A DNA stretch of 64,000 nucleotides from positions 11,884-75,883 of the IMG/VR virus record IMGVR_UViG_3300048672_001143. One strand, 5' to 3'. The DNA comes from a virus (taxonomy: Duplodnaviria; Heunggongvirae; Uroviricota; Caudoviricetes). Both the position numbers and the translations under genes were made by a program. Positions 28,726 to 37,270 of this stretch are shown piece by piece. Below the pieces are notes generated by a model, which did not search any database, was not told the DNA's origin, and saw only the letters and a program-made list of their open reading frames with translations. Each line of letters begins with the position of its first letter. Position 1 is the first letter of the stretch.

Positions 28726-29223
28726 ATGGCCCTAGAAAATGAAGTCTCGGAATTACGAAATTCTATAAATCTTTTAACCAGCGCAATCAATAAGCTGATC
28801 AATTCTGCGCCGGTAAGCGGTACATCTACGGCTGCGGCAGCCGCTAAAGAACCGGCGGCAAAGCCGGAAGCTGTTAAAGAAGAACCGGCCAAGAAAGCAG
28901 CGCCGGCAAAAGCGAAGACCGCAGAAAGCGAACAGCTTGACGCGATGAAGGAAGTCATCGAAGAAGCTGGCGAACCGGAATTCCCGGAATTACCCGCCGG
29001 AACGCGCGATGAAGCGTATTGTAAAAAGCATGTTACCCCGGTATTCCTCCAATTGGTGGCCGCCGCGGATAAAGATACCGCTGTAGCATTGATAAAGAGT
29101 TTCAAGAAATCTGACGGCACCTCAGCTGCCAACACTCTGGAAATACCCACTAAAGAGTGGGATAAAGCGGTAGACATGGCCAAGAAAGCCATCGAAAAAG
29201 CAAAATCGGCCGAAGTAATCTAG
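28726..29223 (+). CDS. hypothetical protein (A/K/E/P-rich centre)
   Basis: ORF track; CTGGAGAATAATAA-ATG. Preferred over the antisense track ORF 28698..29192, which is pure Ala/Ser low complexity. Confidence 0.45.
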   Translation: MALENEVSELRNSINLLTSAINKLINSAPVSGTSTAAAAAKEPAAKPEAVKEEPAKKAAPAKAKTAESEQLDAMKEVIEEAGEPEFPELPAGTRDEAYCKKHVTPVFLQLVAAADKDTAVALIKSFKKSDGTSAANTLEIPTKEWDKAVDMAKKAIEKAKSAEVI

Positions 29224-29224
29224 T

Positions 29225-29521
29225 ATGGCCGAAGACGCACAGCATCACCAATATGGGGCCTCAGGCGCCGAAAAATGGGTGACTTGCGCGGGAGCCCTTG
29301 CTATGGAGCAGGGGCAGCCTGATACGTATAGCCCGTACGCGGATGAAGGTAGCGCAGCGCATTTTTTAGGGGCGGAGTGTTTAATTAACGGCACGAACCC
29401 GAAAGATTACAAAGGCCGTACCATTGTTTGCTGGGAAAAAGAAGGCGAACGTGACGGGCAAGTTTTCTTAGACGTGAACTGGCCAACCGACGAGGAGGAG
29501 GTAAGCGATGATTTCATCTGA
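29225..29521 (+). CDS. Cas4/DUF2800-like PD-(D/E)XK nuclease, N-terminal fragment
   Basis: YGASGAEKWVTCAG (N-terminal Cys of the Fe-S cluster) and EGSAAH motif. Frame ends at 29521; continuation is in the +1 frame. Confidence 0.45.
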   Translation: MAEDAQHHQYGASGAEKWVTCAGALAMEQGQPDTYSPYADEGSAAHFLGAECLINGTNPKDYKGRTIVCWEKEGERDGQVFLDVNWPTDEEEVSDDFI

Positions 29522-30848
29522 GAAAGCCATACCACCCGGTTCTAAGGAAAGAAGCCGTTGGGAAGTTACGGATGAGATGATCTACGAGGTAGAGAAGTAC
29601 GTTGAGGGCATACGAAATAAAGCTAAAGGCGGTACGCTTTTTGTCGAAAAGCGAGTCGAATTTGGACATGCTATTGGCTTAGAAGGTGCTTTTGGGACTA
29701 CAGATGCTGCGATACTGTCGGCAAACGGGGAAGAAATCAGCGTAGACGATCTAAAGTATGGCTATACCCCCGTCGGCGCCGAGTTGAATCCACAGCTGAT
29801 GCATTACGCAATCGGTACTATTTCCGATTTAGCTAAGCAGGGCTTTGATTTATCAAAGCTAAAGACGCTGAAGTTGAGTATATGGCAGCCTCGTATTAAT
29901 AATTTTCCAGAGTGGGAAGTTAGCCTTACCGAAAAGAACGAAGACGGTGAGACCATTCTCGAATGGTTTGCTAAAAAATCTCAGGAAGCAGTCGCCCGAT
30001 CTGAGGAAGCATTCTCGGCTTTGGACGTTATTAACGCACTGCCTTCCTCTGAAATAATGGGCGCGCAACGCGTCTGGATAAAAAAGTATCTGACACCCAG
30101 TTATAAAGGTTGCCAATGGTGCAAAGCCAAAGGTTTCTGTGCAGCACGTACGGAAGATGCTTTGAAAAGCATAATCGCCGTTCCAGAGGCTAATTTGGAC
30201 GGTTTGGAAGACTTAGATACTCCTGTCTTAGGGGCGGATACGGATTTAGTGAAAGGCGTTGAGGATGCTATTGCCAGAATACCGACGCTAGCTTTTAGCG
30301 ATCTGGAAAAAGCGTACATGGCTTTGGGTAAAATCAAAGACTGGAGCGCCGGGATAGCCGAGCAGATGCACGCGGAAATGATGGCCGGGGAAAGAAGTAA
30401 GCAGTATAAACTGGTTATGGGCCGAGAGGGTGACCGCAAATGGTCGAGCGAAGTGGAAGCAGAAGAACTTATGAAAAGCATGCGTCTAAAAGTAGACGAA
30501 ATGTACAATAAAAAAGTAATTACTGCCCCACAGGCCGAAAAGGTACTCGCGAAGAGCCGACCTAAACTATGGGCTAAACTAACGCCGTTAATCGGTAGAA
30601 CCCCAGGAAAACCGGTAATAGCGGACATTTCTGATAAACGCCCTTCGATAGACCCTTATCGAGATGCTTTAGATGACCTTACCAACCTTGACGATGGTTC
30701 TAGGATGGTACAAACCCTAGAGGATTTAGATCCTTCTTTGAATGTCCCTGGAATTTCAGGGAAAGAGAGTACCGCGAATATGCGGGCACGGAAAAAAACC
30801 AAACCTAAAACGGAACCAGTAACGGTTTCTGAAATAGATTTTATTTGA
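29508..30848 (+). CDS. Cas4/DUF2800-like PD-(D/E)XK nuclease, main part (motifs II-III, QxxxY, CxxCx5C)
   Basis: TTDAAIL ... EISVDDLKYGY (D ... D-x-K) and CQWCKAKGFC C-terminal cysteines. +1 frame relative to the upstream fragment, open only from 29505. Confidence 0.5.
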   Translation: MISSEKAIPPGSKERSRWEVTDEMIYEVEKYVEGIRNKAKGGTLFVEKRVEFGHAIGLEGAFGTTDAAILSANGEEISVDDLKYGYTPVGAELNPQLMHYAIGTISDLAKQGFDLSKLKTLKLSIWQPRINNFPEWEVSLTEKNEDGETILEWFAKKSQEAVARSEEAFSALDVINALPSSEIMGAQRVWIKKYLTPSYKGCQWCKAKGFCAARTEDALKSIIAVPEANLDGLEDLDTPVLGADTDLVKGVEDAIARIPTLAFSDLEKAYMALGKIKDWSAGIAEQMHAEMMAGERSKQYKLVMGREGDRKWSSEVEAEELMKSMRLKVDEMYNKKVITAPQAEKVLAKSRPKLWAKLTPLIGRTPGKPVIADISDKRPSIDPYRDALDDLTNLDDGSRMVQTLEDLDPSLNVPGISGKESTANMRARKKTKPKTEPVTVSEIDFI

Positions 30849-30868
30849 CCAACCGGAGTAAAAATAAC

Positions 30869-31453
30869 ATGGCAATAGTAACCATTAGAAACGCAAGATT
30901 GGCTTTCCCGGATCTTTTTGAACCGGTACAATTTCAAGGTTCGGGCCCGTTTAATTGGCGGTGCACCTTCTTAATAGACCCAGAAAACCCTGCAAAAGCG
31001 GCCATAGAAGCAGCTTTTAAACAAGTAGCTGCAGAAAAATGGGGGGCTAAAGCACAACAATTTCTGCCATCTATTTTATCGGCCCCGAATAAATGTTGCT
31101 TATCTGACGGCAATCTGAAAGCCTACAACGGCTTCGCTGGAAATTGGGCCGTTACCGCGACTCGCGCCCAAGATTTTACAAAAAAGAACGCCAATGCTCC
31201 TGAGATAGTCGACCGGAACCGCTCCATTTTGACGGGGATCGAAGGTAAAATTTATGCGGGCGCTTTTGTGAACGGCACCGTAGACGTCTGGGCGCAAGAC
31301 AATTCCTATGGTAAAGGGCTACGCGCGACATTAATAAACGTCCAATACGTAAAGAACGGGGATTCTTTCGGTGGCTCTGCACCGGCCACGTCCTTGAACT
31401 TGGAAGATTTATCATTCGAAGACGATGACGAAGGGGATATCGACAGTATATGA
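30869..31453 (+). CDS. DUF2815-like ssDNA-binding protein (acidic C-terminal tail)
   Basis: ATG at 30869 with CCGGAG SD (track TTG start at 30845). Start pattern MAIVTIRNARLAFPDLFEP and SSB-like tail LEDLSFEDDDEGDIDSI. Known to travel with DUF2800 and PolA in phage replication modules. Confidence 0.5.
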   Translation: MAIVTIRNARLAFPDLFEPVQFQGSGPFNWRCTFLIDPENPAKAAIEAAFKQVAAEKWGAKAQQFLPSILSAPNKCCLSDGNLKAYNGFAGNWAVTATRAQDFTKKNANAPEIVDRNRSILTGIEGKIYAGAFVNGTVDVWAQDNSYGKGLRATLINVQYVKNGDSFGGSAPATSLNLEDLSFEDDDEGDIDSI

Positions 31454-31613
31454 AAAAAGGGCTCCGATATTACATAGGGGCCTTGGGTTTAGCGGTACTA
31501 CTGGGGGTTATTTTACCCGCATTAGTATCCGCTAGGTCTTACGAGGCCGTAGCCTTAGGGGTACTTATTATCCTAAGTATCCCTCCCTTTTTATACCATC
31601 TCTGGAGGAAAAA

Positions 31614-32468
31614 ATGAAACGATGCTTAATAGGCTTGTCCACAATTCTACTCGGCGCCTGCTCGTATGTCGAGCCGGGATATGTCGGAATAAAAGTAAAT
31701 CTACTTGGCGGGGATAAGGGGGTTGATACTACTGAATTATCAGTAGGTCGGTATTGGATAGGGATGAACGAAAAGTTGTACACTTTCCCAACATTCGCGC
31801 AGTCTATGGTATGGACAAAAGATAAGACCGAGGGTAGCGTTAACGACGACTCGATGACTTTTCAGACCAAAGAGGGCCTGAGCGTTAATACTGACATAGG
31901 TATTACTTACTCGCTTGACCCTAAAAAAGTATCCGTAATCTTCCAAAAATACCGAAAAGGCGTTGAAGAAATTACTGCTGTCTACCTACGCAGTATGGTG
32001 CGGGATGCCTTAGTACAAGAAGCATCCAGCCGAGCGATTGAAAGCGTGTATGGGGAAGGTAAAGCAGACCTAATAACCAGAGTGCAGAATCGGGTACAGG
32101 AGCAAACAAAAGATATCGGGATAATAATTGAAAAGATATATTTCGTCGGGGATTTACGCCTCCCTGAAGTAGTCACAACGGCTATAAACGCTAAAATAAC
32201 GGCTACGCAAATGGCCGCGCAACGAGAGAATGAAGTCGCGCAGTCAAAAGCTGAAGCAGATAAATTAGTGGCCGAAGCTAGAGGTAGAGCAGATTCTCGT
32301 TTATTGGAAGCAAAAGCGGAAGCTGAAGCCATTAAAATTAAAGGCGACGCCCTTAGTCAAAATCCAAAATTGGTGGAGCTAAGCGCTGTAGAAAAGTGGG
32401 ATGGTAAGTTACCAACGTACATGTTGGGAAGCTCTACCCCGTTTATTCAGGTGCCGAGCACAAAGTAA
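31614..32468 (+). CDS. SPFH/Band-7 (prohibitin/HflC-like) lipoprotein
   Basis: Lipoprotein signal MKRCLIGLSTILLGAC; SPFH core GYVGIKVNLLGG ... and a long Ala/Glu coiled coil AEADKLVAEARGRADSRLLEAKAEAEAIKIKGDAL. Confidence 0.6.
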   Translation: MKRCLIGLSTILLGACSYVEPGYVGIKVNLLGGDKGVDTTELSVGRYWIGMNEKLYTFPTFAQSMVWTKDKTEGSVNDDSMTFQTKEGLSVNTDIGITYSLDPKKVSVIFQKYRKGVEEITAVYLRSMVRDALVQEASSRAIESVYGEGKADLITRVQNRVQEQTKDIGIIIEKIYFVGDLRLPEVVTTAINAKITATQMAAQRENEVAQSKAEADKLVAEARGRADSRLLEAKAEAEAIKIKGDALSQNPKLVELSAVEKWDGKLPTYMLGSSTPFIQVPSTK

Positions 32469-32520
32469 AGTTTCAAACCGCTAACAGACCGGGATATAGT
32501 CTGCAATCCTCCCTCACTAT

Positions 32521-32544
32521 CCCGGAGAAATCCGGGGGTTTTTT
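32521..32544 (+). terminator. rho-independent terminator CCCGGAGAAATCCGGGGGTTTTTT
   Basis: 6-bp GC stem, GAAA loop, T6 tail, 53 nt after the SPFH stop. Confidence 0.65.
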
Positions 32545-32740
32545 GAATGGCTCTGGGCACTGGGGATTCCCGGTGCAAGCAAACAGAACCATTCACAAAG
32601 CAGAAGCCTGTTAGTCAGGCAGGGTAACGCAAAAGCAAGATAGGCGGTTGTGATCTTGTGCCCGGTACGGTTAATGCGATAGTGCGGCGAGCAGAGTCCT
32701 CTTCCGTCGGGATGACCGCAAACATCTTTCAGGGGTTAAA

Positions 32741-33049
32741 ATGACGACTCTGATCCGTACCAATAGCCGGAGTAACGCCCGGCCTACTTTATCCAACCTT
32801 TTACGGAGAAATATTTTGAGCACTGCACAAACAGACAAAATAATCGAAGCACTATTAGAAAACAGACGCGAAACCCCAGAAGCTTTACAGACTCTTAACG
32901 AGAGGCTCCAGTCGCTAGGTGAAGTTTCCCTAGAGTATGAAAAGCTGGGGAAAAACGTAGTACGCTTGACGAACGTTATGGGGCTGATGGCAGATAGAAT
33001 AGTTACGTTGGAAAATAAAGTACGCGAACTTGAATTCCCCTTGGAGTAG
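32741..33049 (+). CDS. hypothetical protein
   Basis: ORF track. Its 5' region carries a 25-nt motif repeated at 49217 and may overlap a noncoding element. Confidence 0.3.
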   Translation: MTTLIRTNSRSNARPTLSNLLRRNILSTAQTDKIIEALLENRRETPEALQTLNERLQSLGEVSLEYEKLGKNVVRLTNVMGLMADRIVTLENKVRELEFPLE

Positions 33050-33051
33050 CC

Positions 33052-33375
33052 ATGTCCGACATTTTCGACCACGAACTCGACGCTTGGGAATCCTACGATA
33101 GAGTCTACGATGACCGAGAATATAGTGGGCTGGCCTATAACCCAGACTACTACCATTCCTGGATACGCGTACACGAAATACTTTCGGATACCGCTACTGG
33201 ATTATCGGTATCTGTGGTTCCAGGGTTTCAAGTGTTTATACCCAATAAACTAATTCGCGGGAAACGGAAAGTAACCCGTGGGTGGGAGATCTTCGTACAC
33301 CCGGGGACTCTCTTTAAAATTTTAAAAAGGGAACGCGCAAGTTTGGTTTGCGAATTACCGGTTTATGAGGATTGA
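33052..33375 (+). CDS. hypothetical protein
   Basis: ORF track. Confidence 0.35.
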   Translation: MSDIFDHELDAWESYDRVYDDREYSGLAYNPDYYHSWIRVHEILSDTATGLSVSVVPGFQVFIPNKLIRGKRKVTRGWEIFVHPGTLFKILKRERASLVCELPVYED

Positions 33376-33377
33376 TT

Positions 33378-33830
33378 ATGGAACTTGATGGAAAACAGTA
33401 TTATTTTACTCATGGGCGAAATCCGGGAAGTTGTACGGGGTGCGCTTTTTTTTTGGATGTCAGAACCTGTGCGCGGGCCAGGGAATTGCAAAATTGCGCG
33501 CAGGAAGGAATAATCTGGAAACGAGATAACGGCACAGTAGAAAACGATGCTGTTTCCAGTGACGTCAGAGCTTTATCCGAGCAAGAAAAGAAGTGCCTGG
33601 AAAAATATCCGCACTATTTTAAAGACGTGCGTCACCTGAATATCCTGGACGTATACCGAGTTTTAGATTTATTCTCGACGGGCGATGCAGCTCTAGATCA
33701 CGCTGCGAAGAAGATCCTGGCAGCTGGCAAACGCGGCGCCAAGGATAAAACAAAAGACATCAAAGAAGCCATCGATGCGCTTCAACGTAGATTATCAATG
33801 TTAGAGGAGGATGAAAAATGTGGCCAATGA
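33378..33830 (+). CDS. hypothetical protein
   Basis: ATG at 33378 (track TTG at 33372). Confidence 0.35.
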   Translation: MELDGKQYYFTHGRNPGSCTGCAFFLDVRTCARARELQNCAQEGIIWKRDNGTVENDAVSSDVRALSEQEKKCLEKYPHYFKDVRHLNILDVYRVLDLFSTGDAALDHAAKKILAAGKRGAKDKTKDIKEAIDALQRRLSMLEEDEKCGQ

Positions 33831-34021
33831 TTTGCTTAGCGCTTTATGTTTGGGCCGGATTTACAACCGCGATAAGTGTGTACAACAGCGCAGAATTTTG
33901 GGAATTTAACGCCTCCTCCAGGCGACCTTTTATCGAAAATCTCTTCCCTTTAAGTCTCTGTTTTATTCTGTGGCCGCTGGTAGGCTTAGGCGAACTAATA
34001 GGAATGCGAAATGACCCCTAA
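33818..34021 (+). CDS. small membrane protein
   Basis: ORF track; two hydrophobic segments. Confidence 0.3.
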   Translation: MWPMICLALYVWAGFTTAISVYNSAEFWEFNASSRRPFIENLFPLSLCFILWPLVGLGELIGMRNDP

Positions 34022-34256
34022 AAAGATTCTATTTCCAGAAGACCCAGAAACCGCGCGTTTCGATTCACCATCTAGTTTGTGGATTAGCCGACATGGACGA
34101 AAGTATATTCGCGAACATCTGGCCAGATATGCTGGAGCTACGCATGTCCGATGTAAAAGCTGTCTTAAGATAATACCCAAAGATAGAGTTTTGGATTATG
34201 GGAACAACGGGAATTGCTTTGAATGTACGGAACGTGAGGAACATAGCCATGGCTAG
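34011..34256 (+). CDS. zinc-ribbon-like protein (CKSC ... CFEC)
   Basis: ORF track. Confidence 0.3.
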   Translation: MTPKKILFPEDPETARFDSPSSLWISRHGRKYIREHLARYAGATHVRCKSCLKIIPKDRVLDYGNNGNCFECTEREEHSHG

Positions 34257-34467
34257 TAAAGAATTAGTTATGCTTGCAAGGAAAGCCGCGGGGTTACATT
34301 CGAAAGCCGCAGCCGCTAATATGGTATGGGTCGAAGCGTTTAAGCGAGAATACGGACACGATGATATCGATGATGCTTTGGTCGAGCTAATTGACTATTC
34401 GACAGGTGATTTATCTTTGGTTACGAGCGATTTTATTGAGGAGCACTCTGGGCGTGGAAAATCGTAA
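34249..34467 (+). CDS. hypothetical protein
   Basis: Internal ATG (MASKEL) of track ORF 34198..34467. Confidence 0.3.
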   Translation: MASKELVMLARKAAGLHSKAAAANMVWVEAFKREYGHDDIDDALVELIDYSTGDLSLVTSDFIEEHSGRGKS

Positions 34468-34576
34468 CGATAACTCCCTTCTGTGGTTAATTATTTATCT
34501 GTTGATTTGGAAAGTTCTAGGCCCTCCTATTGCCATACTGTTATTTCTAGCAAGGGTGTTCCTATAGAAGTAGCAC

Positions 34577-34605
34577 TTGACTCACAGGCGTGTACCTGAT
34601 AAAAT
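34577..34605 (+). promoter_or_regulatory. sigma70-type promoter TTGACT-17-TAAAAT
   Basis: Read directly; preceded by GCAC. Confidence 0.55.
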
Positions 34606-34633
34606 AGAGGCTCTTAAAAATTAGGGGACGTAA

Positions 34634-34810
34634 ATGAATAAGGTGTATTTAGTAGAAGATACTGGCAACAGCCCTGGAAAAATATACGCGATATTTGCTA
34701 ACGAAGACGATGCAATATCCTTTAAAGAAAGTCTACAACCGCGAAGAGTAGAAGTAGTGGAAAGGTCTCTTTTTTATGGGCAACCGGATTATAGGGGGAT
34801 TAACTGGTGA
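34634..34810 (+). CDS. small hypothetical protein (58 aa)
   Basis: Own ORF MNKVYLVEDTGNSPGKIYAIF after AAATTAGGGGACGTAA. Confidence 0.3.
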   Translation: MNKVYLVEDTGNSPGKIYAIFANEDDAISFKESLQPRRVEVVERSLFYGQPDYRGINW

Positions 34811-35055
34811 AAACTACAGTAAATATAATGCCAGCTTCAATTGGTAGGCCGGTTGAGGTACGAGGTCCGTCGTATGCCATTAACGGGAAAGAACAAGCAA
34901 CGTCCGTTAGAGTAGGCACGTTCCACACGTTCACTACGGATTATGAGCAACTTGAGGGCGGCGTAGGCCAATATCCGGCGGCAGTAGTCGAATTCGGAGA
35001 CGGAACAGTAGAAATTTTCCCGGTGTGGAGAATCAAATTTTTGGATCGGGTATGA
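34807..35055 (+). CDS. hypothetical protein
   Basis: ORF track (GTG start). Confidence 0.3.
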   Translation: MKTTVNIMPASIGRPVEVRGPSYAINGKEQATSVRVGTFHTFTTDYEQLEGGVGQYPAAVVEFGDGTVEIFPVWRIKFLDRV

Positions 35056-35387
35056 GCGAACGCGGGTCCTTTGTGACAGAATTTATTTACTGCGAGGATT
35101 GTTTCGAAGCAGCCAAAAAAGTACTCCTGAGCGCTGAAAAATATTTTTGTAGCCAAGTGTTAATAGGTTGGGATTTTACGCATCCTGAGCTTCCTATAAT
35201 AGCAGGAAAAATAGGTGGTATGTACCCAGGGGAAGAAATAGATCAATTCCGCAATAACCTAATTCCTAAATTAGAAAAAGCCATTTGCTGCGATATGCGA
35301 ATAGTTGTTTTGGCGGAAAAAGGGGAGGCTATATTCCTTATAAAACCAGATGATGACCGCGAAGAGGTAGCTAATGACCCCGCATGA
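35052..35387 (+). CDS. hypothetical protein
   Basis: Internal ATG (MSERGS) of track ORF 35025..35387. Confidence 0.35.
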   Translation: MSERGSFVTEFIYCEDCFEAAKKVLLSAEKYFCSQVLIGWDFTHPELPIIAGKIGGMYPGEEIDQFRNNLIPKLEKAICCDMRIVVLAEKGEAIFLIKPDDDREEVANDPA

Positions 35388-35601
35388 GTTACTTAAGAAG
35401 CTGCAGGCGGATTTCAGCATAGACGTAAAGCAGTACGAATACACATCACCGCCCGGGGTGATTTATTTTTCTCCGATTAAAAAGCAATGGGCCGCTATTT
35501 TAGAGGCTAAAGACGGTATACGGCACATAGGTTTTTTCCCTACGCGGCGAGAAGCACGGGAAGCGCATAAAGAAGCAGTAGAACAATTTAGAGGGTATTA
35601 A
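35374..35601 (+). CDS. hypothetical protein
   Basis: ORF track. Confidence 0.3.
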   Translation: MTPHELLKKLQADFSIDVKQYEYTSPPGVIYFSPIKKQWAAILEAKDGIRHIGFFPTRREAREAHKEAVEQFRGY

Positions 35602-35602
35602 A

Positions 35603-35842
35603 ATGGCTTATGTACGTTATGAATGGCGGGAATTAACTGAACAGGGTCTTCTCGTGAAGATTCCTTCGCTTTTATCCTATGCATCCGGTGATGGGGAATC
35701 GGTAGTAGACGAAACACTATGCTTCAGCTTTTGTACGGAAGAAGAAGCCTTGGAAGCTTTATTTAATGTGTCCGGCAACCAGCACAATTACGTGGAGAGG
35801 GTGCCAGATAATTTAACTCTGGTTAAATTAGTAGATGCGTAA
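35603..35842 (+). CDS. hypothetical protein
   Basis: ORF track. Confidence 0.3.
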   Translation: MAYVRYEWRELTEQGLLVKIPSLLSYASGDGESVVDETLCFSFCTEEEALEALFNVSGNQHNYVERVPDNLTLVKLVDA

Positions 35843-36047
35843 GCTTATGAAAAAGCTCCGGGCCATTAGTTTAAACCTTATTTATTACCCCGTAGCCGCT
35901 TTATGTGGAATTATTTGCGCCATCCTGATTTTAGTGGCGATTATAAGCGCCCAGTATAGCTGGGTATGCTCAGAAGATACGAAGAGCTGCTTTGATTTTT
36001 TGGCTACCCTTAATCTAAATTTACCGGATTTTAGGAAACTTTTATGA
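35835..36047 (+). CDS. small membrane protein
   Basis: ORF track; TM segment YYPVAALCGIICAILILVAIISA. Confidence 0.3.
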   Translation: MRKLMKKLRAISLNLIYYPVAALCGIICAILILVAIISAQYSWVCSEDTKSCFDFLATLNLNLPDFRKLL

Positions 36048-36439
36048 CAGACATAGAAATAATGCAAGAGATGGTCGAGAGCCGTGGCATAGGCCTTTTG
36101 ACGTATCCATGCGGCAGCAACGTTACCTGTTCTGGACCCAACAAAGGTCGGGATATTGATTTGTTGGTCCATGTTTTTGATCCGGACAGTTGCACATCTT
36201 TAATAGATTCTCTGGTATTGGAGCGGAGCGGTATCGTAGGTGGTGCTATGCACGATGCTTATGATAGCAAATATTTTACAAACGTAAAGGTTCCGCCAAA
36301 CTATGATTTTATCATCACTACGGACTGGTCCTTTTACCAAAACTTTGTGCTGGCAACAGAAGTCGCTAAAGAGCTCGACATCGCTGATAAAGCAAAACGG
36401 ATAACTTTGTTCAAAGCTATTCTTTACGGGAGATTATAA
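36044..36439 (+). CDS. minimal nucleotidyltransferase (Pol-beta superfamily MNT domain)
   Basis: hG[GS]-x9-13-DhD motif: YPCGSNVTCSGPNKGRDIDLLVHVFD. Confidence 0.55.
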   Translation: MTDIEIMQEMVESRGIGLLTYPCGSNVTCSGPNKGRDIDLLVHVFDPDSCTSLIDSLVLERSGIVGGAMHDAYDSKYFTNVKVPPNYDFIITTDWSFYQNFVLATEVAKELDIADKAKRITLFKAILYGRL

Positions 36440-36696
36440 TGCCTCTGATGCACAAAGCCACCAAAATATTGCCGTTTTTCGTAGTCGAATGGCTAGCTAA
36501 ACGTAATCCAAATTTATGGGTATATTTCCCTGCCAATGGTCTTACATATTCATGCCCCTACCCAGGGGTATTATTATACGTACGCTTCCCTTGGCACAGC
36601 TTCGGATTAAAATTTGAAATACAAAACGCGTGGGCCGGGTATAAGTGCAAGATTCTGGATAGGATACAAAACCGGAGGTTTCCGTGGCAAAAATAA
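36439..36696 (+). CDS. hypothetical protein
   Basis: ORF track; translationally coupled to the MNT gene. Confidence 0.3.
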   Translation: MPLMHKATKILPFFVVEWLAKRNPNLWVYFPANGLTYSCPYPGVLLYVRFPWHSFGLKFEIQNAWAGYKCKILDRIQNRRFPWQK

Positions 36697-37070
36697 ATTT
36701 AAAATCTCCTCTCGTAGAGCGGTTCAATGCCGTTCCGACAGGGGTTCGGTATCCTACAGCGTTTGAAAGTTTCTCTAGAAATAGCAGATACGGTGTAGAA
36801 GAGAGTACGGGCCTCACCAGTTTGTATGAAACAGAATACGCCTTAGAATTAGTACTCCGGCAGACTTTTACAGTTCCTAATAGCTGCCGGATTGGAACAA
36901 TTGAGTTCGATAGCGCTTTGCGTACCGCTAGGATTTGCACGGCTAGAAAATTATATGCGGATCTGGTAGTTGAGCTTAATAAAGTTCTAGAAGTAATAAA
37001 CCATGGGGAAAGAGGATCGGCCACAGACTTGATCCTGGGCTTAATCCAAGCTATCGACAGGAGTGTATGA
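36684..37070 (+). CDS. hypothetical protein
   Basis: ORF track. Confidence 0.3.
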   Translation: MAKINLKSPLVERFNAVPTGVRYPTAFESFSRNSRYGVEESTGLTSLYETEYALELVLRQTFTVPNSCRIGTIEFDSALRTARICTARKLYADLVVELNKVLEVINHGERGSATDLILGLIQAIDRSV

Positions 37071-37270
37071 TGGAGAAAAGAACAACCACCAAAACGATCG
37101 TAGAAAAAACGATGGTATTTGGAGATTCAGAATTAGAAATTATTTTGCGCCAGCATTTTAATATGCCCAAAGGCAAGTTAGAAGTGGAACACGGCGAGGG
37201 AAATTACCTAACTGAATACACTTTTACAGAAACGCACACTACTGCAGAAACCGTCCCTGATGACATCTGA
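37067..37270 (+). CDS. hypothetical protein
   Basis: ORF track. Confidence 0.3.
   Translation: MMEKRTTTKTIVEKTMVFGDSELEIILRQHFNMPKGKLEVEHGEGNYLTEYTFTETHTTAETVPDDI

Noticed and set aside
28698-29192. Minus-strand 164-aa ORF
   Set aside because: Antisense to a plus-strand gene that has a promoter and strong SD; translation is Ala/Ser low complexity.
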